From a virus: a stretch of 64,000 nt of DNA. Positions within the stretch are counted from its first letter, which is position 1. The number at the start of each line of letters is the position of its first letter. Under the pieces are notes generated by a model. The model did not search any database and was not told where the DNA came from. It saw only the letters and a program-made list of their open reading frames with translations. Location of the stretch: the IMG/VR virus record IMGVR_UViG_3300045539_000120, positions 1 to 64,000 of that record. One strand, 5' to 3'. Below, in pieces: positions 36,951-44,751 of this stretch. The translations under genes were made by a program, and so were the position numbers.

Positions 36951-37183
36951 CCTTATTTTACCCACAGGCTTAAAGACTTTAGTTATATTGTCCACGTGGA
37001 TATTTGTTTCAGATATTAAAATTATCTTTGTAAATAATATATCATGTGCAGGTTAAAATAGGCCAGGTTGCAATCCCTGTATACATTTGTTTGATTATTA
37101 ATTGTTAGATGTTATGTTTTACAATAATATTATTGATGTCCTAGAATCATCCAAATGAACCTATATAATTTACCCAGAAGACA

Positions 37184-37210
37184 TAAAAAAACCAGACTAA
37201 TTTGTCTGGT
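37184..37210 (-). terminator. intrinsic terminator
   Basis: minus strand reads CCAGAC-aaatta-GTCTGG followed by TTTTTTT; 10 nt downstream of the stop of gene 37221-37622. Confidence 0.55.
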
Positions 37211-37220
37211 TAATTTGTAT

Positions 37221-37622
37221 TTATAAACTTTTAAGGATTTCTTTACCCTCGGAATGCTCTTCACATAACGTTGATATCCAACCAGGTCCTCTGACTTGAC
37301 CAAGATTTCCACATTTTTCGCAAGTAATGTAGGACGCAGATTCTGCCAAATGAATGCGCTGCCAAATTTCTTCACTACCACTATTAATATAAAATCGCAG
37401 ACCTCCAAACTTTTCTTTAACTTGACATATTTGTTTGTCCCATCCAAGTTCTATAAGATCTTCAATTAATCTTTTAATAATACCATACCATCCCCTATGG
37501 CATGAAAAGAAACCGGCACTTTTGATTGTTGGTCTATTGGAGTAAAATCCATTTTCCAATCCACCAATGCTCTCGAGGAATTCATTCATTTCCTCATCTG
37601 TCATGTAATTATTATTCATCAT
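37221..37622 (-). CDS. hypothetical protein (Cys/His-containing)
   Basis: 133-aa ORF followed by a terminator. Confidence 0.45.
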   Translation of the reverse strand: MMNNNYMTDEEMNEFLESIGGLENGFYSNRPTIKSAGFFSCHRGWYGIIKRLIEDLIELGWDKQICQVKEKFGGLRFYINSGSEEIWQRIHLAESASYITCEKCGNLGQVRGPGWISTLCEEHSEGKEILKSL

Positions 37623-37630
37623 TTCCCATT

Positions 37631-38035
37631 TTATACAGTATGTTCAATTCTTACTCTTATACAGTTCTGTGGCAATCTATGGATATGTCGATAGTTATTT
37701 ATATAACCCATCATATTTGCGCTACCAACTGCATTTGCAGAGTGTATTACAACATCAACAACAGTAGCTCCATCCAACCATTGATTGACCAACCATTTAG
37801 TGCAATCCATTCCAGTCTTCTCTGTAATATTATCATAGTTCAATTCGTAGTTGTGATATACGTTTTTATGCCATTCAGCCATCGCGGTGTCTCCTAAGTC
37901 ATGGTCTAATGAAATTAAATCGATGTTCTCAAGTCCAATTTCAGTAACTTTTTCTACAAATTCATCGTAACTTCTAACAACAACCCAGTCTTTTTCAACT
38001 GGAGTTCTTACATCATCTAAATATACTCTAATCAT
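37631..38035 (-). CDS. hypothetical protein
   Basis: 134-aa ORF. Confidence 0.4.
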   Translation of the reverse strand: MIRVYLDDVRTPVEKDWVVVRSYDEFVEKVTEIGLENIDLISLDHDLGDTAMAEWHKNVYHNYELNYDNITEKTGMDCTKWLVNQWLDGATVVDVVIHSANAVGSANMMGYINNYRHIHRLPQNCIRVRIEHTV

Positions 38036-38318
38036 TTTTTAATTCCTTTAAATAGTTTACCAAATCTTGCAATTTATCAGCGTCCTTTGGATTAAATATA
38101 AATTCATCAAAGGCTCCATAATTACATTGATATCCAAAAATGTATTTTATTCCATGTTTAACTCGTTGCCAAAATGGTTTTTTAGTTAAATGTATATGAA
38201 AATAACATGTTGGATATTTGTGCCCTTCGACCTCATCTTCATCGTATAATATTATGAGTTGGTGGTCGGTCGAGTGACAAGCACAAATTAAAATCTCTTT
38301 ATCTTCTAGTTGTTTCAT
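38028..38318 (-). CDS. hypothetical protein
   Basis: 96-aa ORF. Confidence 0.4.
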   Translation of the reverse strand: MKQLEDKEILICACHSTDHQLIILYDEDEVEGHKYPTCYFHIHLTKKPFWQRVKHGIKYIFGYQCNYGAFDEFIFNPKDADKLQDLVNYLKELKND

Positions 38319-38347
38319 ATCTATTATATGTACAAATGTGATTTTGT

Positions 38348-39088
38348 TTATTTTTTCTCAAATGTAGGTTTTAACCACATACCATCTTTAAAAACAAGAT
38401 TTAAAAATCCTGGAATAACTTGGTCAATATCTACCAATAATCTAAGACTTCTTGGAGTATCGTGTGCCATCATTTTAAATATTTCTTCTCTAATTCTTTG
38501 GCCGCTTACGGTTTGCTCAAGTTTCTTCAGGATGTTTGGTTGTTTCATTGCCTCCCAAATATCATCACTCATAATGAAATCCTTTGTAACTGTAAATCTC
38601 AATGCTCTTAATATTCTTAATGGGTCATCCATTAGGGTAACTTTAGCATCCATTGGAGTACGTAAAATACCAACCTTTAAATCTTCAATACCTCCAAAAA
38701 GATCAATAATGTTTCCATCAATATCTTCTGCTAAGGCATTTAAGGTAAAATCTCTACGAAGTAAATCATCTTCTAAAGTACCTAATTCTAAGATTGGTCT
38801 ACGAGTTCCTTTCGTGTAACCTATTTCCTTACGAGCCATTACAAAATCTGCAACCAGTCCTGCAAATTGATGGTCCTTTGGAAACTTGGCGCGAATTGTA
38901 AAACAATCTGGAGTACTTAAGAATATTTCAAATCCTTGGTCCGTCATCCAGTTCGTCATGATTTGAAAACCATCTTCAACTGTAAATCCTTTGGTATCTT
39001 CTAATACGAATGTGAAATCTATATCTTTGGAATCTACACCAAGGAATTTATCCCTGATGCAACCTCCTACTTTAAATATTTTTGCCAT
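38348..39088 (-). CDS. tRNA nucleotidyltransferase (CCA-adding enzyme / poly(A)-polymerase head-domain family), minimal form
   Basis: VGGCIRDKFLGVDSKDIDF (GGxVRD...DxD) and RRDFTLNALA motifs; start placed at MAKIFKVGG. Confidence 0.7.
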   Translation of the reverse strand: MAKIFKVGGCIRDKFLGVDSKDIDFTFVLEDTKGFTVEDGFQIMTNWMTDQGFEIFLSTPDCFTIRAKFPKDHQFAGLVADFVMARKEIGYTKGTRRPILELGTLEDDLLRRDFTLNALAEDIDGNIIDLFGGIEDLKVGILRTPMDAKVTLMDDPLRILRALRFTVTKDFIMSDDIWEAMKQPNILKKLEQTVSGQRIREEIFKMMAHDTPRSLRLLVDIDQVIPGFLNLVFKDGMWLKPTFEKK

Positions 39089-39095
39089 TTTTATC

Positions 39096-39449
39096 TTAAT
39101 TAAATAAGGTACTTGGTGCACCTACGTTATACATTAAACTTGCGAAGAATTTAAAACCTTTATATGAAGTTCCATCCGCACTTCCAATTGCATTCATTAA
39201 ATCATTACCTACAAATGCCTGAACAAATCCACCTCCTTGATAACCAACCCCCCATTTTGTACAAAGAATCGATGTACCTATTTGGATAATATGATTCTTT
39301 TCAGATTCTGGTAATTCAGATAAATTTAACCATTGAGCATTTTCAGCAAAATAATTAGTTACTACTTCTTTTACGATTTCAATTTGGTCTACTGTGTTCA
39401 TATTGTTTATGTTTTTAATTATAATGTAAATATAACTAAAAAAAGCCAA
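39096..39449 (-). CDS. hypothetical protein
   Basis: 117-aa ORF. Confidence 0.4.
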   Translation of the reverse strand: MAFFSYIYIIIKNINNMNTVDQIEIVKEVVTNYFAENAQWLNLSELPESEKNHIIQIGTSILCTKWGVGYQGGGFVQAFVGNDLMNAIGSADGTSYKGFKFFASLMYNVGAPSTLFN

Positions 39450-39494
39450 ACAAGAAAACGTTTGGCTAATTATTTTATAAAAGTTATTAACAAT
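39401..39494 (-). promoter_or_regulatory. conserved intergenic element copy split by an embedded intrinsic terminator
   Basis: gtttttaattataatgtaaatataact + aaaaaaaGCCAAACaagaaaacGTTTGGC + taattattttataaaagttattaacaat. Confidence 0.5.
39438..39467 (-). terminator. intrinsic terminator inside an element copy
   Basis: minus strand GCCAAAC-gttttctt-GTTTGGC followed by TTTTTTT. Confidence 0.55.
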
Positions 39495-39512
39495 GTGTAA
39501 TTACTAAATAAT

Positions 39513-40394
39513 TTATTGGACATATATTGTCTGTGTATCTTTTTTCCAATATGTAGTTGATATTGGGTTGCCAACATTATTAGTACTTGCTCTATATGAA
39601 TTTACTAAATTGACATTATTTACTTTAATCTCATATAAGTTTGGATTATTAGAGGTTGAACATGTTCTAGGTACACCATTATTTGCAGTATTTTTAATAT
39701 TTAAAGTGCGTAAATCGCAACCATCTAACACTATTACATTTAATATTGGATTTTCAGATAAATCTAAATGTTGTATAGGATTTCCTCCATTTGGATTATT
39801 AAAACCTACGCCTAACCAAAGATCAGTTAATCGTGGGCAATTACTTACGTCTAGACTTGTAATTCTATTTACCCATAAATATATTCTTTCTAGTTTAGTA
39901 TTATATGTTAAATCCAAGCCTATTAATCCTTTTGTTTTTCCATATTCATATGTAGGGTCAGATATCCGTTGGCTATTATTTTGAAAATCAAGTTCTACTA
40001 ATTCGGTATTTTGTGATAAATCCAAGATTGTCAATGGGCATTCGCTTAATCCTAATAATTTTAACTTTTTTAAACTTCTTAAATTAATAGAAGTAAAATC
40101 ATTATCCCATAGTAAAAGAGTTTCCAAGTTTATAAAACTTTCAATTCCAGAAATATTTTCAATTCTCAAATGTTCAAGTCTAATAGATCTTAATAAAGAT
40201 ATATTAGAAGTTAGTACCTTTCCATCTAAAAGATTATCATGTCCTAGCGATATCAATGCTGTTTCAAATTTTAGATCTGGAATTAAAGTCCATTCCGGAA
40301 GTGCAGGAGGAGTAATTATGTATGGCTCCTCGGTAATGCTAGGAGTTGAACATGACACAATTGTAATTGCTAATAGTAACAGTAATTTTTTCAT
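39513..40394 (-). CDS. leucine-rich-repeat lipoprotein
   Basis: lipoprotein signal MKKLLLLLAITIVSCS followed by repeated LxxLxLxxN-type units. Confidence 0.5.
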   Translation of the reverse strand: MKKLLLLLAITIVSCSTPSITEEPYIITPPALPEWTLIPDLKFETALISLGHDNLLDGKVLTSNISLLRSIRLEHLRIENISGIESFINLETLLLWDNDFTSINLRSLKKLKLLGLSECPLTILDLSQNTELVELDFQNNSQRISDPTYEYGKTKGLIGLDLTYNTKLERIYLWVNRITSLDVSNCPRLTDLWLGVGFNNPNGGNPIQHLDLSENPILNVIVLDGCDLRTLNIKNTANNGVPRTCSTSNNPNLYEIKVNNVNLVNSYRASTNNVGNPISTTYWKKDTQTIYVQ

Positions 40395-40466
40395 AATTTT
40401 AATTTTGATTAATAATATTCAAATATAACTAAATAAAATGACATAAAAAAACATTGTTAATAACTT

Positions 40467-40979
40467 TTATTTTCCAATAAAAAGATAATCTTTCCACTCT
40501 TCTGGAATATGGTCAATAGTTTTCATTAACATCAAATAATGTGGTCTCTTTGGATTTGGAATTTCTTTACCATATTCCTCAAGGCTAAGATCTGCCTTTT
40601 CACCATTACATTTTCTGCATGCTGTAACAAGATTCTCCCAACTGTTTGGTCCACCCTTACTTTGTGGAATAACATGGTCAAGTGTTAGTACCTTTCTATT
40701 TGTTTGTCCACAATAAACACATGTCCATTCATCTCTTTTAAATACATTATCTCTGGTTAATGGAACACTCACATGTCTAGTATTTACATACTTAGGAACT
40801 CTAATGATAGATGGTTTGTGTAAAATAACAGTAGGATCGCACATATTAAATGTTGCATCATGGTTTTGAACAATACTAGCGTTTCCCTTATACACAATGA
40901 CAAAGGATCTTAAGCTACTAATAATACTACGAGGAATATAGCTTGAATCTAACACTAATGTTTTTGAATATTTGTCCAT
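40467..40979 (-). CDS. HNH endonuclease
   Basis: CVYCGQ...LTLDHVIPQSKGG...WENLVTACRKCN. Confidence 0.75.
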   Translation of the reverse strand: MDKYSKTLVLDSSYIPRSIISSLRSFVIVYKGNASIVQNHDATFNMCDPTVILHKPSIIRVPKYVNTRHVSVPLTRDNVFKRDEWTCVYCGQTNRKVLTLDHVIPQSKGGPNSWENLVTACRKCNGEKADLSLEEYGKEIPNPKRPHYLMLMKTIDHIPEEWKDYLFIGK

Positions 40980-41095
40980 GTTTTTATTTAATAGTATAAC
41001 ATATTGGTAATAATTTGGGTGTAAGGACGGTACCGCCCCGTCTTCTCAAGATTCACAGTCTTGCACTTCACTAAAAAGCTTCGAACACCATATAA

Positions 41096-41152
41096 TTTGG
41101 GAAACGGTAGGATTCGAACCTACGAAGACCTCCGTTGTCTCATTTCCCCTTT
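41096..41152 (-). tRNA. tRNA-like minihelix (~54 nt: acceptor stem + 4-bp hairpin + canonical T-arm, no D-arm)
   Basis: minus strand GGGAAAT-GAGACAACGGAGGTCTTC-GTAGGTTCGAATCCTAC-C-GTTTCCC-A; 7-bp acceptor with one G-U. Confidence 0.3.
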
Positions 41153-41514
41153 GTACCGACTACAAGTTACGCTCTTGTCTGAAAATACTTATGAGATATT
41201 TTCGATCCTAGATCAAGTCGGCAATTATACTCCATACCCATCACGTTAAGGCTGATTATGGGCGACGCAACCTACGGTCAACTTTCGTTATGGAGTTTGC
41301 GGAAAGCAGAGGTATCGATCCCCATACCATTAAAGGTACGATTCGCTTAGCAAGCGGTCCTGAATCCTATTCAGTTTACTTTCCATTTAGAGAGACTTTG
41401 GGTCTTTCAGGGTTACTGGTTAAATGCAATGAGTGAGCTCTTCCTACTACTAACCCTTTTTCAGAAATTAATACACTCTACCTTTTAACTACAGCTTAAA
41501 CTGTCTCTCTATTG

Positions 41515-41594
41515 TACCCAGGGAGAGACTCGAACTCTCAAGCTTTCGCCACGGCTTCTAAGACCGCTGTGTCTACCAATTCCACCACCAAGGC
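41515..41594 (-). tRNA. tRNA-Leu(TAG), type II
   Basis: T-arm GAGAGTTCGAGTCTCTC, acceptor GCCTTGG/CCTGGGT (one mismatch), anticodon loop CTTAGAA, variable hairpin GCGAAAGC. Confidence 0.6.
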
Positions 41595-41691
41595 ATAAAG
41601 CCAATCCCGTAGATTGGCCGCTCAACTTAAGGTATTGAGTTTGCAAGAATAAATCTCTGACCAGGTCATGCGTCCTTTGGGCGCCGACAGT

Positions 41692-41763
41692 GACCCCGGT
41701 GGGACTCGAACCCACGACTCCCTGATTAAAAGTCAGGTGCTCTACCAACTGAGCTACGAAGTC
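41692..41763 (-). tRNA. tRNA-Lys(TTT)
   Basis: acceptor GACTTCG/CGGGGTC, D-arm GCTCAGTTGGTAGAGC, anticodon loop CTTTTAA. Confidence 0.8.
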
Positions 41764-41820
41764 TTGCCTTTTTTAGAGTTTTTATAGAACTCAAGGATAG
41801 TACAACCTATAAACTAAAGT

Positions 41821-41892
41821 AGCGGGTGAGGGACTCGAACCCCCGACCTTAAGCTTATGAGGCTCACGAGATACCAACTTCTACCAACCCGC
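41821..41892 (-). tRNA. tRNA-Met(CAT)
   Basis: acceptor GCGGGTT/CACCCGC, anticodon loop CTCATAA. Confidence 0.6.
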
Positions 41893-41903
41893 AATATATC
41901 TTG

Positions 41904-41975
41904 TAGTCAATAAAGGACTCGAACCCTTATTCCCGAGTTCGTAGCCCGGTGTTCTATCCATTGAACTAATCGACT
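41904..41975 (-). tRNA. tRNA-Arg(ACG)
   Basis: acceptor AGTCGAT/ATTGACT, anticodon stem CCGGG/CTCGG, loop CTACGAA. Confidence 0.75.
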
Positions 41976-41977
41976 AA

Positions 41978-42054
41978 TGGTGGTCCATTCAGGACTCGAA
42001 CCTGAGACCTACTGATTATGAGTCAGGCGCTCTAACCAACTGAGCTAAAAGACC
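41978..42054 (-). tRNA. tRNA-Met or tRNA-Ile2(CAT), CCA encoded
   Basis: D-arm GCTCAGTTGGTTAGAGC, anticodon loop CTCATAA, 3' ACCA. Confidence 0.65.
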
Positions 42055-42059
42055 ATTAA

Positions 42060-42470
42060 ATAATAAGTTGTTCCATACCGAACTATTAGGAACTATTAGG
42101 GCTTCTCGGACGAGGTGCACAACCCATAACGGCTATGATATGTTCTCTGTTACTTGGCTCCACCTACATGGATTAATCAGGAATCGAACCCACCTAATCG
42201 ATATATGCCTATATCAATGTTCACAGCATATCAACTTATCATTTTGCACAAGCAGAAGGGGTCGAACCTTCATCATCGGTTTTGGAGACCGGTATGCTAC
42301 CATTGCACCATACTTGTATTTTGTGGGAGATTATGGAATCGAACCATACCCTCTTACAGAACGATTTTACAGACCGCTTACATCACCAGATGCTGAAACC
42401 TCCCAAATTTAACTACCACCTGACTCCTTTCGAGCAGTGGAAACTCGTATCATTCAATTTTGGTAGTTAG
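42060..42470 (-). tRNA. tract of tRNA-like elements and fragments with aberrant arms
   Basis: several minus-strand T-loop signatures (RC of ggaatcgaacc, ggtcgaacc, ggaatcgaacc) without canonical full cloverleafs on hand-folding. Confidence 0.3.
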
Positions 42471-42471
42471 C

Positions 42472-42545
42472 TCCCCAGCTAGGACTCGAACCTAGGACCC
42501 CCTGATTAACAGTCAGGTGCTCTAACCAACTGAGCTACTGAGGAA
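42472..42545 (-). tRNA. tRNA-Asn(GTT)
   Basis: acceptor TCCTCAG/CTGGGGA, anticodon loop CTGTTAA, T-arm CTAGGTTCGAGTCCTAG. Confidence 0.8.
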
Positions 42546-42780
42546 TATTGTTGACTAATAAGGATTTGAACCTTAATCCTGTGTCCGCCCTCAGTCACTT
42601 CCGTACTTACTAACTTCTACTGTGCACCATACACCATAATCATTCCGAATGTTTCGAACCATTCAGTCTTAAGATTAATTACTTCTTAAGATTTGTTGCG
42701 ATTAGAGGAATCGAACCTCTCAGTGGTATATCTACCAAATCGTCTCATGAGAACGAACCTACACCGATATCGCAATTTAG
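42546..42780 (-). tRNA. tract of tRNA-like elements
   Basis: includes acceptor+T-arm minihelix TGACTGA...TAAGGTTCAAATCCTTA-TTAGTCA; a perfect 8-bp palindromic hairpin TCTTAAGA-agtaattaa-TCTTAAGA; further T-loop-like motifs. Confidence 0.3.
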
Positions 42781-42782
42781 TG

Positions 42783-42856
42783 TCTTTACATGGGATTCGA
42801 ACCCATACTCTTCGGGCTCAGTGCCCGCGTTCCAAACCAAGTTAAACTACGTAAAG
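42783..42856 (-). tRNA. tRNA-Gln(CTG)-like (4-bp anticodon stem)
   Basis: acceptor CTTTACG/TGTAAAG, anticodon hairpin CGGG-CACTGAG-CCCG, T-arm TGGGTTCGAATCCCA. Confidence 0.4.
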
Positions 42857-42954
42857 CAATCAATTAAAATTACAGAAATTAGTGTCGACAAATTTCTTTA
42901 AGCTATATGTAATCTTAATCGTTAGGAAGATATTGCTGATCAGGCATCTTCTTT

Positions 42955-43062
42955 GTAATTATGATTGGATTCGAACCAATTTCAGCTTTACAATAAAGAG
43001 TATATTTCAACTCAACCTTTGTGAGGTGCCGCCAACCAATGGCCTCATAATCATTTGTGGAT
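42955..43062 (-). tRNA. tRNA-like element with long extra arm and no readable standard anticodon
   Basis: acceptor GATTATG/CATAATT (G-U at bp 1) and T-arm ATTGGTTCGAATCCAAT. Confidence 0.25.
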
Positions 43063-43547
43063 AGAAACCAGACCTATCCTAGAGCTGCAGCTCTGTTATA
43101 ACTTATGCATCATCCTCAATGCTTCAACCCTTTGGCTATTACGGGTGTGGACTCGAACCACATTTTTCAGTTACCTATGCTTTTTCAAACTTGGTTTTAG
43201 TTGCTTTCCTTGCGCAAGGTTCATAACTAATTTCCAGTATCACCACGAGGAGGTGTTTGATTGATACCGCTACGCTTCGTTGGTACTTGCCGTTTCTTAA
43301 GTCGACACTTTCCCCGTTGCACGTTTTATTTAAGTGTACTTCCCTACTAGCGTCCTTGAAGCCAACACTTTTTAATTTGAGCTGCCTTATTACTAAGGTT
43401 TCGGATCGCATCTTTGATTAGGTAGCGAACCTATCATTAACGTCTCAAAGTAATTGTTAGTCTTTTCCTTACCTCTTAATAATTACACTGCCCGTCAGAT
43501 GTTACTGTCTGATGCTTACCAATCATACTGGGGTAATTATTAAATTG

Positions 43548-43619
43548 TAACGCCACGGAGAATCGAACTCCGATTTTTAGGATGAAAACCTAATGTCCTA
43601 ACCGTTAGACGATGGCGTC
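43548..43619 (-). tRNA. tRNA-Glu(TTC)
   Basis: acceptor GACGCCA/TGGCGTT, anticodon stem TTAGG/CCTAA, loop TTTTCAT, T-arm CGGAGTTCGATTCTCCG. Confidence 0.7.
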
Positions 43620-43651
43620 ATTTAAATTATTATCAAGATGTCAAATAACGT

Positions 43652-43727
43652 TTGTTCTAATTTGTTATGTAAATATAACTATAATATTTGAACCATGAAA
43701 ACTTTTTTCCAAAAGTTATTAACAATT
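43652..43727 (-). promoter_or_regulatory. conserved intergenic element copy heading a tRNA operon
   Basis: tgtcaaataacgtttgttctaatttgttatgtaaatataactataatatttgaaccatgaaaacttttttccaaaagttattaacaat; nearest downstream minus-strand feature is tRNA-Glu, no ATG. Confidence 0.5.
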
Positions 43728-43731
43728 TTTG

Positions 43732-43803
43732 AGCGACTAGAGAGAATCGAACTCTCATCTTCAGATTGGAAGTCTGAAGTAATGACCATTATACGATAGT
43801 CGC
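43732..43803 (-). tRNA. tRNA-Gly(TCC)
   Basis: perfect acceptor GCGACTA/TAGTCGC, anticodon loop CTTCCAA. Confidence 0.8.
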
Positions 43804-43812
43804 ATTGTATTG

Positions 43813-43901
43813 TGCAAGAAGCTGGGATCGAACCAGCGGCACGTCCATGTTCCTTCCAACCGAAGTACTGGGGATTGCTCTACCAACTGAGCTATTCTTG
43901 C
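43813..43901 (-). tRNA. tRNA-like gene with canonical acceptor, D- and T-arms but expanded, unfoldable anticodon region (possible Tyr-GTA type or pseudogene)
   Basis: acceptor GCAAGAA/TTCTTGC, D-arm GCTCAGTTGGTAGAGC, T-arm GCTGGTTCGATCCCAGC; 39 nt between D- and T-arms contains CAGTACT. Confidence 0.35.
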
Positions 43902-44044
43902 ATTTGGGTAGGTCAGAGGCCTTCTGCCTACCGAGACCTCGTCGTTGAACTTCTGGAAGCCAGAGCGTACCGAGACACTTTTTAAATAAAAATCAGGATC
44001 GGTTTGTTTTTAGTGCTCTACCAACTGAGCTACTTGCTTTTCAT

Positions 44045-44115
44045 CAAGATACACAAGGTCGGATTCGAACCGACGACCACTGCTTTAAAAGAGCTGTTTG
44101 TTACTGTTTGCTGTA
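44045..44115 (-). tRNA. tRNA-like element (T-arm GTCGGTTCGAATCCGAC)
   Basis: T-arm plus CTTTTAA-like loop, but stems not canonical. Confidence 0.25.
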
Positions 44116-44136
44116 ACGATCCTTATTATTTTATTG

Positions 44137-44209
44137 AGCTTCTGACCGGGTTCGAACCGATGACATCTTCATTACAAGTGAAGTGCTCTACCAACTAAGC
44201 TACAGAAGC
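44137..44209 (-). tRNA. tRNA-Thr(TGT)
   Basis: perfect acceptor GCTTCTG/CAGAAGC, anticodon stem CTTCA/TGAAG, loop CTTGTAA. Confidence 0.8.
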
Positions 44210-44271
44210 AAATTAGAGTTTTCGTATTATTAAAGCCAATACCCGGAATAATCTCTCAACCAAAACACTAG

Positions 44272-44342
44272 TCCCCTCAGGTGGAATCGAACCACCGCCA
44301 ATTGCATGTAAAACAATTACGCTACCATTACGCCATGTGGGG
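44272..44342 (-). tRNA. tRNA-Val(TAC)
   Basis: acceptor CCCCACA/TGAGGGG (one A-A mismatch), anticodon stem ATTGT/GCAAT, loop TTTACAT. Confidence 0.6.
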
Positions 44343-44401
44343 AATTCTAATTCTACGCTCACAATATGTAGTTCTATGAATTAGTAACAGTCTCGTCTGT
44401 G

Positions 44402-44472
44402 TCTAATAGGCAGGATTCGAACCTGCGTACTCCTCAGTCCAAGTGAGGCATGTGACCTAGCTTCGCTACTAG
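44402..44472 (-). tRNA. tRNA-Pro(TGG)-like
   Basis: acceptor CTAGTAG/CTATTAG, perfect anticodon stem CCTCA/TGAGG with loop CTTGGAC; D-arm atypical. Confidence 0.45.
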
Positions 44473-44483
44473 AAATTTAATTT

Positions 44484-44562
44484 GTTGCCTATGAAGGTAC
44501 TGACCCTCCTCCGATGCTGTCAAAGAGCATTGTACCACCTTTATACGAATAGGCAAAAAGTT
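44484..44562 (-). tRNA. tRNA-Gln(TTG)-like with aberrant T-loop (probable pseudogene)
   Basis: acceptor GCCTATT/CATAGGC, anticodon hairpin ATGCT-CTTTGAC-AGCAT; T-loop lacks the TTCGA motif. Confidence 0.3.
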
Positions 44563-44566
44563 TCAG

Positions 44567-44639
44567 TGGACCCTACAGGAATCGAACCTGTTCCTCTAGT
44601 TCTTCAGACTAGCGTACGCACCAGCTATACCAAAGGTCC
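44567..44639 (-). tRNA. tRNA-Phe(GAA)
   Basis: acceptor GGACCTT/AGGGTCC, anticodon stem CTAGT/ACTAG, loop CTGAAGA. Confidence 0.75.
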
Positions 44640-44655
44640 ATCTATTATTACCAAT

Positions 44656-44750
44656 ATGTCAAATAACGTTTGTTTTAATTTCTTATACAAATATAACTAT
44701 TACATTTGAAATAAAAAAACTTTTAATGTTAAATTTATGTTAACATTTTT
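44656..44750 (-). promoter_or_regulatory. degenerate element copy heading a tRNA operon
   Basis: atgtcaaataacgtttgttttaatttcttatacaaatataactattacatttga...; shares an extra 5' segment (tgtcaaataacgtttgtt) with the 43652 copy. Confidence 0.4.
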
Positions 44751-44751
44751 G

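Noticed and set aside
37130-37447. 105-aa minus-strand ORF overlapping 37221-37622 in another frame
   Set aside because: It overlaps a better-supported gene over most of its length. The terminator at 37184-37210 falls inside it, and there is no element copy or plausible start context.
38310-38819. 169-aa plus-strand ORF
   Set aside because: Antisense to the CCA-adding enzyme gene, which has strong catalytic motifs; no plus-strand expression signals.
41096-41480. tmRNA (tRNA-like 3' end with distant 5' partner)
   Set aside because: The only strand complementary to the 3' acceptor sequence lies 18 nt from the T-arm, not ~350 nt upstream. No tag-peptide-like reading frame ending in a resume/stop context was evident.
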